Origin: Isurus oxyrinchus
Lineage: Eukaryota
Direction: 5' to 3'
DNA: 64,000 nt
Assembly (NCBI GenBank): GCA_026770705.1
Contig: JANJGN010000041.1
Coordinates: 4,774,001 to 4,838,000 of the forward strand
The notes below the pieces were generated by a model. The model had not been told where the DNA came from. It saw only the letters and a program-made list of their open reading frames with translations, and ran no database searches. The stretch's first letter is position 1; each line of letters starts with the position of its first letter. A program made the translations under genes and the position numbers. This document shows, piece by piece, positions 39,683-52,929 of this stretch.

Positions 39683-41744
39683 CAGTAGGACATGAGGTTT
39701 GTGCCCTGAATGATTTCATGTTAGGAAAATGCTTGTAACAACGTTTAAGCATTCTGCATAAAATAATATCCTACTAAAAATGTTCATTTATACTATAATG
39801 TCAAACTGAACTCCTTTTCACAGTATACTGTATTCAATGTGATTTGTAAGTTGCGATAATAATAATAAATGATAATAAAACGTACTGAACCTCCACTGTT
39901 AGCGTTGCAGAGTTTGAAAGGGTGAATTGTGATGCCAGCTTCTGACAGCCTGGTGTTCATTGGAACTGCTGTTCTTATCAACATAAGAACACCCCAAGCA
40001 TCAGCAGCTGCATCAAAATAACTCGACAAATGTAACATAGACAAACGTCACGAATTTCCCACGATCTATTCTGGGCCAATTAGTACATAGGGGGAAATTT
40101 CAGAACATGTTACATGAAGTCTGGCACCCTGCAAATATCGGACAGTTGCACAATGAGCTGCTTCTCCAAGTTCCATATACGTCACACGATTGAAACAAGG
40201 ACGGCCTGGTCATCACGTGTTTTGTTAAAGGTCGGGTATTGACGCAATTGATCACACATTCCCACGATCCATGGTGCACAGAGACGACACCATATAATGG
40301 ATTCAAAACTTTTAAATGCGATTTCCCCCGATTCATTTGAAAGCACAAATGAAATCATACTTGTTTTTTGCACTATTAATGGGACTACCTCCTCCCCACA
40401 TGCTCATTCACAACACTCTCTGTCACATGTTATCTGTTCCTTTCACACATACAGCCTTCAAGTGGCTGTTATCATATTCTCGAATGTTTTAATAATTTGA
40501 CTTTATAGTCACTCATCAATATAGTGTATGACACTTCGACCAGGTATCAGCACGAATTCCCAGCCAGAAACCTCTGATCACACGTGGCCCTACCACCAAC
40601 TTACGTCTTTGTATACCTGTGCATATTGAATGTGAAAAATGTAATACAATTGTTCTGGTCGCATATTCTTATCATTTACCTAACTTAAATGCCGTTCGTA
40701 GAATGCAACTGTAGACGGGCTACAGCTCAGAAGCAGCCTACGTGACTCGTCCTTTCCTTATTGTATCCCTGCAGGAAGCTGCAAGCGGCAGCCACTCTTC
40801 CAGCCCTTCCCTATTATCTGGGTCATGCGCTTTTCTCAGATATTAATTCAAAAGCCCCTTGATCATTGTTAGTTAACCACTCCACACACCGGGTATAATG
40901 ATTGACCAGAACAACTGCCAGTTAAAGCAGCATTAAATAGAAAACCACAACCGCTGTCCTTGAATAAATGAACAGTAAAAACAAGACAGATTCGGTCATG
41001 GCATGAGGGGCATCGCTGGCACGAAGAGCAATTATTGCCATCTTTAATTGCTCTTGCAGCCAGGAATATGTGCTCCATCCTTCTGAGCAGCTGCAGTGTT
41101 TCTTCGCCCTGGCTGCTTAGGGCCTGAATTACTAATTGCCCAGACCACCGGCTCAGCTAGCACTCTTTTCTAAATGTTTACTCTGGCTTTTCGGTAACAG
41201 GACTTTCTAAATATACACCCCGACTTCTCAGCTTCCAGTCCTTTCTGTTCCTGAGGGAACCTAAGTTCCACAAAGTAATGCCATGACTCAACACTGTTTA
41301 GGTCCTTCATCAATGACCTTCTCTCCAGCTTATGGTCGGAAATGGGGATGTTCGCTGATAATTCCTCAATGTTCAACACAATTCATGATTCCTGAGATAA
41401 TGAAGTTGTCTATTGCCAGATGCAGCATGTTCAGGCTTTGGCTCACAAGTGGCAAAGGACATTTACAGCATACAAGTACCAGGCAATGACTATCTCCAAA
41501 TTAGAAAATCAAACCATTGCCCGTCAACATTCAATGGCATTACCTTAGCCGAAAATCATTCTAGCAGCATTGTAGTGGATATCATTGACCAGAAACAACA
41601 TAACTGGATTGGCCAATAAACACAACGTCTACAAATGCGGTTGAGATGCAACGAATTCTGCAGCAAATAACACAAGTGCTGATACAAAAACAGAATTACC
41701 TGGAAAAACTCAGCAGGTCTGGCAGCATCGGCGAAGAAGAAAAG

Positions 41745-41783
41745 AGTTGACGTTTCGAGTCTTCATGACCCTTCGACAGAACT
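41745..41783 (-). ncRNA. Minimal type I hammerhead-ribozyme fold (variant core), copy 1
   Basis: Minus strand AGUU-CUGUCGA-A-GGGUC-AUGAA-GACUC-GAAA-CG-UC-AACU. Confidence 0.7.
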
Positions 41784-42839
41784 GAGTGCAGTAAGTTCAG
41801 AGAGAGACAGGTTAGAATTGGTGAGAGGAGCAGAGAAATTGAGACGACTAATGTCGCGCCAACAGTTCTCAATGAAAAGATCAAGAGAAGGTAAGAATCC
41901 AGAGGGAGGGGTCCAGGTGGAGGGAGAATATTGGAGATGGGTAAAAGGATCCGTTGAACTGGGAGAGGACTCCTGCCCAAAGAAGTGAGCCCGGAGACGA
42001 AGACGGCGAAAGAAGAGTTCAGTATCATGCCGAGCCCGAAATTCATTGAGGTGAGGGTGTAAGGGTATGAAACTAAGTCCTTTGCTGAGCACTGAACGTT
42101 CAGCATCGGAGAGGGGAAGGTCAGGGGGTATAGTGAATACACGGCTGGGGCTGGGATTGGAAGATGAGGTGGGGACGGAGGGACAGACTGGGGTGGAGGG
42201 TCCTAGATGGGTGTTGGTGTCGATGAGTTGTTGGAGCTTGCGTTCCTTAGCAGTTGAGAGAAAGAGAAAAAGTTTCTTGTTGAGGCGTCAGATGAGCCGA
42301 AGGATAAAATGAAACTGGGGGCACGCGCAGCTTTGAAAAAGGGTACGGCGGTGCTGCTGGAGGGAGAGGTCGAGTGTGTTCATATGGCGGCGCATGGCAC
42401 TGAGTGTGGATTTCAGAATGTGACGGGAACAGCAGTCTGAGAAACGTTTTATGTCCCGGAGATACCGGTAATCCTGGGTGGGTTCGAAAGATGAGGGGTG
42501 GAATTTCAGTTGAAATCCACGTGGGGTAAGTCGGAGACGGAGGCAGTCACTGAGAAAGGAGATATGGCTGTGAAAGCGGGTTTTAGTAAACTGCTTGTCA
42601 AACACTAGGAGGGAAATGGAAAGCAAAGAAGGTGAACAAGGCAACAGAGAGATATGGAAATCTTGTCGCAGAGAGGAACAAAACTTCTTCAAGGAGGTAG
42701 GCGTTTCTTGAAGAGCAGTGGCAGTCAATTAAACACAGAGATAAAAACAAAGAAAACTGCGGATGCTGGAAATCCAAAACAAAAACAGAATTACCTGGAA
42801 AAACTCAGCAGGTCTGGCAGCATCGGTGGAGAAGAAAAG

Positions 42840-42878
42840 AGTTGACGTTTCGAGTCCTCATGACCCTTCGACAGAACT
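42840..42878 (-). ncRNA. Minimal type I hammerhead-ribozyme fold (variant core), copy 2
   Basis: Minus strand AGUU-CUGUCGA-A-GGGUC-AUGAG-GACUC-GAAA-CG-UC-AACU. Confidence 0.7.
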
Positions 42879-43449
42879 GAGCAGTTTTCTTTGTTTTTAT
42901 ACAAGTGCTGATACCCCATTTCCTTTCCACCATTTACAAGAGAGGAATTTCATGGTATACTCTCTAGTTGCTGGGATGCATGCAGCTCCAATATTAGTCA
43001 AGAAGAATGATAGCATCTTGGATAAATCAGCCATTGATTGACACCACATCAATGAACGTTGACACTGTCCACCACTGATGAACAGCGGCAGCAGTGTTTA
43101 CTATCTGCAAGGTGCGGGGCAGGAATTCTGGAAATCAACTTGGAGAATACAGTCCAAACCCACGAAAGATAATGGGCAGCAGGTTTATGGGAACACGATG
43201 ATTTGGAAGTTCCCCTCCAAGCTACTCACCAGCTTGATTTGAAATTATATCCCTGTCCCTTCCTTGTCATCGTGTCAAATTCCAGAAACTCCATCCCCAA
43301 GGGCACTATGCATGCAGAGTGGCCAGCGGGACTGCTGCGGTTCAATAAGGCAACTCCACACCATTTTCTCTAGGGTACCTATGTCTGGGCATTAAACGCT
43401 TTGCCAATGACTGGCACCAACATCCTCTTAACGAATAATGATAAAATAT

Positions 43450-43880
43450 AATTGTCCCTCTGGCTGCACAGCTACTGCACTTCCCATTTCTGCAGTCTGT
43501 CCGCTCTGTTCTACTATAACCAAATCACTTTCCTAGCTAATACTTCCTGCTTCTTATAAAACTATGCCCTAGCTATTTAGCTCCCGCACTTTTATAAATC
43601 TCTGCTCTGGGGGAAGACTGCCTTTTACCTTCCAATCTGTGTTTAGATTATCTACGTCCCGCTTTCTTATCTCTGTTATGGGGGTGTAGCCCCTTTCTAA
43701 TCTGTGCTTTTAGTATTTCTCTCTCGCTCTTTTTAAATCGCTCCTCTGGCAACTCAGCTTCCGCTCTTTTTATATATCTGCCCTAGTGCCTCAACTACTC
43801 CTCTTTTTAAGAAATATCACCTGTTCGTGCACAGCTCCCAGCTGGCTCTAAATCTCTGTTCTCACTGTTCAGCTGCAGCA
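43450..43880. repeat. Degenerate pyrimidine-rich minisatellite, period roughly 35-40 bp
   Basis: Recurrent aaatctctgctct...cagctccc..ctttt motifs. Confidence 0.5.
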
Positions 43881-44149
43881 GTAAAAGAATAATTAAACCT
43901 GCCCTGACTGCCAAGTGTCTAGCCCGGAATTGGAGACTGTTGAGTTTAATTAAGAATGATCACTGGTTTGTAGCACCACCGTGTCGAAGGAAGTGGGCAA
44001 AATCTACAAAGGCTGAAAATAGCGAATTCTTCTGACGCACTTCCCACTGAAGATTTAACATATGGTCCAGCAAATTCGCTAGATGTATTCAAAAAAAAAG
44101 ACGTTAGATATTACAGTAAGGAGGGAGCTTGTGAAAATCATCGGAAGTG

Positions 44150-45150
44150 CCTATGTCTTTCCAAATGATGATGAGAACGAAACTTTTTATCAGACTTAAA
44201 AGCACTGGAAATGTTAAACGGAGAAAGGGTTGAAACAAATTGCCTGGTTTACACGAAAAATCGCTGATGAAACCTTTTCATTCTGCTGCAAATTATACGT
44301 CACAGAAACCACACGCAGATTATGCAAGGAATGCGGCAGTGTCTGGAATCATCTCAATGATAGATTGCAATGTCATCGAATTATGTAAGGACAATATTCA
44401 AAACGCAATAAAATGAATTGAAAGTAAGCGAATGATCCCAGAAAAGGAGGCACTGGATGACGAAGCACAGAGATAAATATACAAGGTGAGGATAAATGAC
44501 TAGCAACGTTGACAGGCATTATTGCAGCCGTTCAGTTCTAGATGAGCAGAACTCAGAGTTTTTTCGAACACCTGCAAGGCTTTATGAACACATCAATGAA
44601 TCATTTCTGGGATTAATTGCCATTGGAGCTAACCTCAACCCTCCGATGCAAGGATATGCCCCATGCAGCATAAAGTAACTGTACTTCTGACCATTTTCTT
44701 GGACCTCGTATTCAAAATGAGCTAATTTCGATGATGGCATTGCTGGTGAAGAAATTGAACGTTATTGTAAACGTGAAGGCTGTAATTCACAATGTGCTTC
44801 TTCTTGCCATTACCCCTGGTATGACTGATGAAGACAAGGTATTCCTTGTGCTTCGTTAGCTTGATCTGTTTTCTGAAGATCTGAATCGAAGGGAGGATTT
44901 GATTCATTTTCTGATGATTCAAGGCAAAATTTTGTAAGGCCTGTCTATTTCTCTCAAGGATGCGCCAGATGGGCTTGGCCTTCGCATCACTGTGAGAGGC
45001 AGGGAGTCAAAAATCTGGTAAGTATTAAAGATCAGAATTAAGGCGTACAGGCCTGCCCCCTTCAACACAACCGTTGAAGCTTTTTAACCCCATGAGGCTG
45101 CCACATCTTATCTCTGGTATTGGAAGAAACGGCAAATCGTAGTTCTAAAC
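44150..45150 (+). mobile_element. hAT (Tip100/ZMYM1-like) transposase relic
   Basis: NGERV..NCLVY..TFSFCCKLY (TTF-type finger, ~44215-44300), FLGLI, GPRIQNELISMMALLVK (44701), ITPGMTDEDK..VLR, GVQA..P*GCHIL (CxxH, ~45090). Confidence 0.8.
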
Positions 45151-45559
45151 AATGAAATTGTTATGGAGCTGTGCAGCGAAATTAAAGAATTATTACAGTT
45201 TGAAATAACAAATGACATATATTGACAGCGGAAGCTTCCTGCGTAATGTTAAAGTCGTTGTCAGACTGTTGGTGGAATGTCTAGTGTAGAGTGGAAATGC
45301 AATATGTTACCAAACAGCTGATATCAGGAAGGCATTCATTACAGTTCCTGAAGAATGCAGCAACACAGCATTAAAATAGAGACTTAGTCCATGATCAACT
45401 ACGAAGTTAAAGGTTTCGAATTTTGCTTTGCAATGGTTGAGTGGCACAACAACATATTCGCCACAAGCATTGTGACCCAGAATATACAATCCTTCGATAT
45501 GCAGCTTTGTGGGGCTTTAGCATTTCAGACGGATGGCGAAAATTAAAAGCAGGCTCCGT

Positions 45560-46940
45560 AGCATTCTTAATAAGCTAAGATATTACTGGTAATAGCGGAC
45601 CTTCCATCAAACGATGATGGGACAATTTATGAGGAGCTGGGAAACATCAAGGGGATCAGGTATTTGTGGGAGTTTTGTATAGCCCAGCAAACCACGGCTC
45701 TAAATTGTGGCGTGGTATACATCAGGAAATTAAAGCTGAATGTAACATGGTTAAAGCAGGAAAGTTAGAAACTTCAGTTTGCAACTTGGCCATCGTTAAG
45801 CAAATCAGCACTAATTCATTGAATGTATACAAGATTGGTTTCAGCACTAGTAAGTTGAGGAGCCAACTAGGAATCGAGCTAGACAGGACTTAGTGCTCGA
45901 TCATGCGAAAGACTCAATGCATTTCCATGCTCTCAATTAGTTTTGGGAAATAATCACAATAAAGTGATTGAATTTTGCAAAATGTATGACAGCGATATGC
46001 TGAATCCTAAAACTTGGTTGTTAAATCTGAAGAAAAGAAATTGTGAATGTAAGAGAGGCAAGTTGGCTATAATAGATTACGAAAGTATAGGAAAAGGTTT
46101 GTTAGTGGAGAGGGAATGGCGAGTATTTAAGGAAATAATGCACTGTCTACATCAGACAAGCATTCATCGAAAGCTCAACACAGAGACAGAAAGAAAACTC
46201 AACCGTTGTTTCCAAACGAAGTTAGATATCGCACTCCATGAAATGAAATGATTTATCATGGTGCAAGAGAAAAATTGGTAAATCTGAGGTTAGGGGGAAC
46301 TTTAGAACCCAGCAAAGGAGGACAAAGAAACTGATTTATAAATGGGAAGAGAATGTAATGCAATCCAGCGAGGAACATAAAGCGTAAGTCAGTACACTTT
46401 ACATGTAGGTACGGGAATATTTATCATGGAGAACAGGGAAACATCAGCGTAACGAAACAATAACTTTTCGCCTGTCGTCACAGAAGAACATATAGAATAT
46501 TTCCAAGATAAGCTGGTCAACCAATGCAGTTGTGAAACAGGGAAGCGAAAAGGAATAAATAGTTTTACAGGAAACAGTAGTGATTGAAATGTGAACTGGA
46601 TTGAAGGTTAAATAATTTGCGGGTCTAGAATTTCTTCATCTCAAGAGTGCTGAAGGAGGAGACTGAAGAAACAATGGTTGCATTGGTTGTTTTGTTTCAA
46701 AATTCTTTACTTTCTGCAAAAACCCCAGCGAATTTTAAAGTATCAGATGTTGCATCACAATTCAAGAATGTAATAAGATGGTCGAGGGAGAACTGCAGAC
46801 ATGTTAGTTTGACATAGGAATTCTGGGAAAAGTTATAATCTATTAGTACGGAGGTGATAACTGGGTATGTACTAAGGAAAGGTAACATTGCACAGTGTGA
46901 ACAAGGATATATGAAACGGAAATCATGTTAGAAATACAAT
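45560..46940 (+). mobile_element. CR1 LINE ORF2 fragment (endonuclease to RT)
   Basis: GVLYSPANH, GNNHNKVIEF, LNLKKRN, FQNSLLS, ENCRHVSLT. Confidence 0.75.
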
Positions 46941-47129
46941 TAAACAATTCACTGCATAAAGAGTCTCCACACATATCAAGATTTGCAATGCTGCGAGGGC
47001 ACAGCACATCAGTGGAAAATGTAAAGCTGAAGCACTTTCAACGGTACCAAATGGATGAGGCAACTTCGCCTCCTCCGTAGGTTCCCAAAATTACAGATGT
47101 TAGTCTTCAGTCAAGTGTATTCACTCTCT

Positions 47130-48545
47130 GTTATATCAGGAAGCCGCTGAACCTCTGGATACTGCAAGACGGTGGACACCGAGAATATTTCGGCAATTGT
47201 ACTGAATGCTTGTGGACTCGATAGTGCCCTATGGCATAGCCATGCTGCTGCAGTACAGATTCAACACTGGAATCTACCCGAATATGAGAAAAACCGCCCA
47301 GGTACGAGGTACAGAAAAATGCAGCACAAGCCAAACCTGTTCAATAACAGTCACGTGACGCTCCATTTGATAATCGGGAAAGTAATGGAGGGTTCATCAA
47401 GCAGCATCTGATCAGCAGTACTCTGCTCATTGAGGCTCAGTTCGGTTCCACAAGATTCACTCTGTTCCCAATAGCATCACTGCCATGGTCAAAATATGGG
47501 GTAAGAGCTTAACTCCAGATTTTACGTGATAGTGATCACACTTAATATAAAGGCAGCATATGATCCCGTGTGGCATCAAGGCGCCCTCAAATAAATTGAA
47601 TCATGGTGAATTAATGGGAAAACTCTTCGTTGGATGGAGTCATATCTGGGAGACATGAATATTGTTCTGGTAGTTGCAGAACGTTCATCTCAGTTCAAAG
47701 ATGTCACTGCAGGAGAAGCTCAGGAATTTGGCTAGTCCTCAGCACCTTCAGCTGCTCCATCTATCACCATTTTTCCACCATAAGCTCATAATTGGGGATT
47801 TTCGATGACGATTGCTCAATGGACAAAACAATTTTTATCTCCAAAAAATAAACAAACCATCGTCACTTGGCAACAATAATATTATAATTTCCGAAACTGC
47901 GGCTAGCATCACCTTAAGAACAACTGTTGACTAGTAACTGAACTGGCCAAACCATACAAATACTGTGGCTACAAGAACAGGCCAGTGGATAGGGAATCTG
48001 CCGCGAGCAGCTCACGAACTGACTCCCCACTGCTGGGCCAACACCTACAATGCACAATTCAGGAGATCCCGGAACAATGCTCCTCCAACAGCGCTCAGCA
48101 TCCTCCAAACCATCCATGACAAAGCTGGATTGGCAGCCCTTCAATAAGCGTGCACTCCCTCCACCAGCAACGAACAATGATGGCAGTGTGCACCAGCTGG
48201 AATATTTTCCTCAGGAGTACAGCACTCTGCCTTAGACAGAACATCAAAAATCCAGAACAGCTGCCATCTAGAAGGTCGAGAACAGCAGGCACATGGGAAC
48301 ACCAGCACTAGCAAGTTTTCCTCCCTGCTACTCAAAATCCTGGCTTGGGACGATCTGTGTTCCTTCACTGTCATTGGGTCAGACCCTGGAGCTAAATCCT
48401 TTTACTGAACTGTTGTTTATCTGCAACAAACGGACAACCATGGCTCAAGCATTTAGCTCCCCACCAGCTTAGCTTGTCAACGGTACTTAGGACGGGCAGT
48501 CAATGGCTGCCTGGACAGCGATGCCAACATCCCGTAAAAGATAAT
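47130..48545 (+). mobile_element. CR1-group LINE RT and 3' tail
   Basis: NIKAAYDPVWHQG near 47544-47582, GIFDDDC near 47795, 3' tail near 48490-48540. Confidence 0.8.
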
Positions 48546-49837
48546 GAAGAATATAGACATGTTAATGAGTTGGGAATGTTTCCAACTTTTCGTCACTATG
48601 TGGCATTCTGTTCGTAAGCAATGAATGCAATAACATGGAATTTATTCAACGTAGATTTAGAAAGTTTTTTGGTAGAGCAAGGAGTTATTGGTTGTGGACC
48701 ATGTCGGAAGTTCGAGTACAGAGAGCTTGCAGGTCAGTTCTGACCTTAATGAATAGACGAGCAGGATAGGAGTGTCGATTGATCTGCTTCAGCCGCTCAG
48801 CGGTATAATCAAATCTTAACCTTCCCCTAATTGTAAACAATATATATACTTATTTACTGCTGTACTCCAATCCTCTTACAAATAATACCAACGTGTCATC
48901 TGCCCTCTTAATCGATTTCTTTACACACAAGCCCCATGTGTTTCAAACTTTTTAAAATACTGTACTCTGCTTTAATAATATTAGGGCGGAAGTCAGTGAC
49001 TTCACACTTCGACACATGACACTTCATGTAACATCATATTGACAGCGCAATTCACCATTCTATATATCTAACAACCTTTCTTTTCTGCCCCTCAGCTTAC
49101 CTTTCTCCATAGGTCTGTATGGTCTGCAAGGTTTGATACATAACTCTTTGTCCCTACTCTCGAGTCATTAAGATTGATTTTAGGAGCAATTTAGCAACTT
49201 TCAGGCTTTTCCATAGGAACAAGGTAATGTAATTCTGAGCGGCGGGCATTTTAGAATAGGTATAGAATGCCTCGAGCCAGTTCCGCAGAAATAGAAGAAT
49301 GCTGTTTCGTCCTTCTTGTGTTTTTTCCAGAGGAGTTGGGGGAAGGCACTCAGACTCTCACAATTTTGTTACACAGGGAATGGGGAGAACACAATTCATT
49401 CTGTTTTCTACCCTGTAACACAGGAGCTGGGGGATGTCATTTAGTACCCAGAGCCTGTTGCCATGGAACTCTGCGGTATTACTGTACGGGAGCAATAAGC
49501 ACGTCGTTGGAATGCTCCATACAGGCCCTAACAGATGACACAAATTTGAAAAATTACGCTCCTCTTGTAGAATTGCATATGCAGCGGGATATCAATCTTA
49601 ATGATTTTTTTGTTGTTGTTAGTTTTCATGAAATGACAGTAACCGAGAGGAAGCTGTAGTGCATGTCTCTGGCGCATGCAACCCTCAGGAATGGGGGACA
49701 CATGTTGGTGAATTGAAGTTGTCAGATGATAACAGGGATTTCATTTAGCTCTCCCCGACATCCGTTTGTGTAATTATAATTTATGACAAGATTCACAAGA
49801 AGAAACTTCGGGCGTTTATGGTCAAGGAACGGATAAT

Positions 49838-50006
49838 NNNNNNNNNNNNNNNNNNNNNNNNNNNNNNNNNNNNNNNNNNNNNNNNNNNNNNNNNNNNNNN
49901 NNNNNNNNNNNNNNNNNNNNNNNNNNNNNNNNNNNNNNNNNNNNNNNNNNNNNNNNNNNNNNNNNNNNNNNNNNNNNNNNNNNNNNNNNNNNNNNNNNNN
50001 NNNNNN
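49838..50006. other. Assembly gap (169 N)
   Basis: Run of N. Confidence 1.
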
Positions 50007-52080
50007 AGCGAGCACAATATGATTGAAAGTTTCCTCCACCTTCAAATGGAGAAGAGAGTGCCTGAGTCAAGTATTTAAACGTAAATATGGGCATCCATAT
50101 GGGCATGAAAACTAAGTGAGCTGATGCGAATGGGAATATTAGGCTCGGTGATAGATCAAAGGAGAAGCAGTGGCTGCTAGTTAATGAGGCATTTCAAAAG
50201 ACTCAGAGTAGGTATATCTCTGCAGTAAAGGAAGATTCTGAAAGGAGGACGCACCATCCGCGGATAACTAAAAAAGTTAATGAAGGCAGCCAGGTGATGG
50301 AAAACAAAATAAACCATCCAAAGTTTGCTGCCAGGTCAGGTGATTGGTCAGTTTAAAAGAAACATCAAGGAATGGACTAAATGGTTACCTAGAATAAAAA
50401 TTTACAGTCTGAGGTGAAAAAATAAAACTAGAAATGTAAAACGTATAGAAACAGTTTCATCAGAGTTTTTTTTCGAAAGGAAAAGACTAAGTAAAGGGAT
50501 TGATATTCCCATTCCACATTAAGAAGGGAGTCAATATTAGCTAATAAGGGAATGGGGAAATAAATGAAGGCCTGTTTTGCTTATGTATTCAGCACACAAG
50601 TAACACAAATGTTCCACTAATAGCTGGAAAGCAAGACAGGAAAGGGAGAGGGATCTTGGTGAAATTACAATCACTAGGAAAGAGATCGCGAACAAACTGA
50701 TGGAGCTGCAGGCAGACACGTCTCAGGGCCCTCTGGAACATCATTCTCGGATCTTAAAAGAGGTGGCTAATGAATTGATAGATGCGTTTTTGTTGAAATT
50801 CCAATATTACCTAGTTTTGGGAAACATTCCATTCCAATGGGAGCATGAAACGAACCTCACTATTTAGGAAGGATTTGATATGGAAAACAAGACACTATGG
50901 GCCAGTTAGCTTGACATGTGTCCTGGGGACGTTGCTAGAAATGATCAGGCGGGAGTTTATAGCTGGGCACTGAGAGATAATCAAGATAATTGGGAAGAGT
51001 ATCCATGGTATTGTGACAGGGAAGTATTTTTTAACCAATATTTGAAGTTGCTTGAATTATTGACATGCATTGTGGATAAAGGGCTGATTTTGTATGTGCT
51101 GTATTTCGGATTCTCGGAAGGCATTTGATAAGATGCTACATCAAAGTTTATTTTAGATGAAAAATGTTCATGGCCAATGGGTTAACTTATTAGCATTGAT
51201 AGAAGATTGGGTAGCTGGCAGATAACAGAGACCATGGAGCGTAATATGGGATAATGAGAAGTTTTCACTTTGGCAGTGTGAATGGAAATAAAACTGGGTA
51301 ATAATTAATCTGAGAATGGCTGCAGGATTCCGAACTGCAGGGGAATCAAGCTGGCCAAGTGCATGTGTTGGAAAAAGTGGCCATGCAGGGAGAGCTTGTA
51401 GTTCAGAAGGGTAATGAAATGCAATGCTTTTTTTGTGAGGAGAATTGAAACTAAAAATAAGGTTGTTATGCTTCACTTAAACAGATCATTGCTGAAATCT
51501 GGAATATTGTGCGTAGTTTTGATTGCCCTGTTTATGCAAGGATGTGGATGCCTGGGGGCACTTCAGAGAAGACTTACTAGGTTGTCACCTGGAATGAATG
51601 GAATGTGTTGTGAGGAAAGGTTAGGAAGATCGGATTTGCCTGCACAGCATCTTACAGGAGGGGGATAAATAATTGAATTCCATGCGAACCTGCAAGCTTC
51701 GTAGAAGGCTGTGGGAAACCATCGTTGATGTATTGGTTGAGCAGCTAATTAGGAGTCATTTCTTTTTTAAAATATGCTTTGCCCTTGTAGCACACAGTTT
51801 TTCTATTTGTGTGTGCGTGTTTTTGTTTGTTTCACCTCGAGGTTTATCTGACTTTTTAATTCCCTGCATTAGAACGCTGTGGAGGCCCGATCACAGAATA
51901 TTGTTAAGATGGAGGTCAATATATTTTAGCAAGGCAGATTAATCAAAGTTTATGGGTTTGTTTGGGATTTTGGAAATCGAAATAATCTGATTCTCCATGA
52001 ACTTAATGAAAGGTGGAGAAGGCTCGATGTTCCAAAAAGCCTACGTCTGCTCAAATCTTCTGTGTTTGTATGTTCGTAAT
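50007..52080 (+). mobile_element. CR1 LINE ORF2 fragments and 3' tail
   Basis: ADTSQGPLEHHSRILKEVA (KSPGPDG block, ~50712), AFDKMLHQ (~51120), ALQRRLTRLSPGM (~51560). Confidence 0.8.
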
Positions 52081-52929
52081 CGTGACAATATGGACGAATT
52101 TGATCACATCAATATAAACTTAAAATTTAAGTTCTTGTCAGAGCGGAAGAGTTCAGTGTGCACAAAGGCGATGGTTGAATGAGGTTTCGTGAGATTTTGA
52201 TAATAGGCAGCAGAGTTCGAGATGCGCTTTCATCATACAGATTTGTAAATGGGTGTTGCCAGGAAAATAATTAGAAAAGTTGAGCCTGTATTTCTCAAAA
52301 GGACAGCTGAGGCCTTGAGCAGCAGGTGATCTGGAGTACATGTTCTGATATAATGTTGGGGATCGAGTGATAAGCACTGGTTGAGTGTGATAATATGGAG
52401 GCGCTTGTCATTTAGTGTCAAGTAGATGGCAAAGGTTCTGATCTGTCTGTTTCAGCATCAGATATTGGCCAGACACTGTTTCAGGAACGCATATTGATTA
52501 GAAATGAGGAAAATGTCTGCCATCTTCACAATCTTGAGCATCACACATGTTAATGCCATGAATCATGGATTTCAGGAATAGCTTCTGGATATAATGATAT
52601 AACAGGAAGTCTGCCAAAGCAATGATAGGAGAATGAGTTAACAAAATCATCAGTAAGTTAAGAATGGGTTGCCGAGTTAATAACTGGACGCCGAGATTCA
52701 AAAAATAAATACAAAGCAGGGCACATTAAATAGCTAGAATAACAGCACAAACATCGTCCGTAGAATTACTCACGGAGTAGAGGTTCTTATTGGAGCACAA
52801 ACAATAGCCACGATAACTAAGAAATATATTAAAGCACTAGTCCTAAATGGATCAGTTCGGCTTAGTTATCCACTAATCATTTGCAGAAATCACATTGAAA
52901 CTGTAAGATAATCCGCTGCTCCTTGTTTG

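Larger units (their letters stand above)
41686..42900 (-). mobile_element. Young, internally deleted Penelope-like element: pLTR - ORF N-terminus - pLTR, with TSD
   Basis: Flanking duplication ACAAGTGCTGATAC at 41672-41685 and 42901-42914; near-identical direct repeats at 41686-41785 and 42781-42880. A single frame ~42704-41784 with one stop (42288-42290) encodes VLSKGLSFIP..ELFFRRLRLRAHF..WTPP..LDLFIENC..SNLSLSELTAL (PLE pre-RT region). RT and GIY-YIG are absent. Confidence 0.9.
41270..43440 (+). mobile_element. CR1-group LINE 3' half (host), split by the PLE insertion
   Basis: FINDLL..SEMGMFADN near 41307-41362; sequence resumes collinearly after 42914 and runs to the 3' tail near 43430. 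Confidence 0.8.

Noticed and set aside
49722-50106. ORFs spanning N runs (also 59402-59662)
   Set aside because: Artefacts of assembly gaps.
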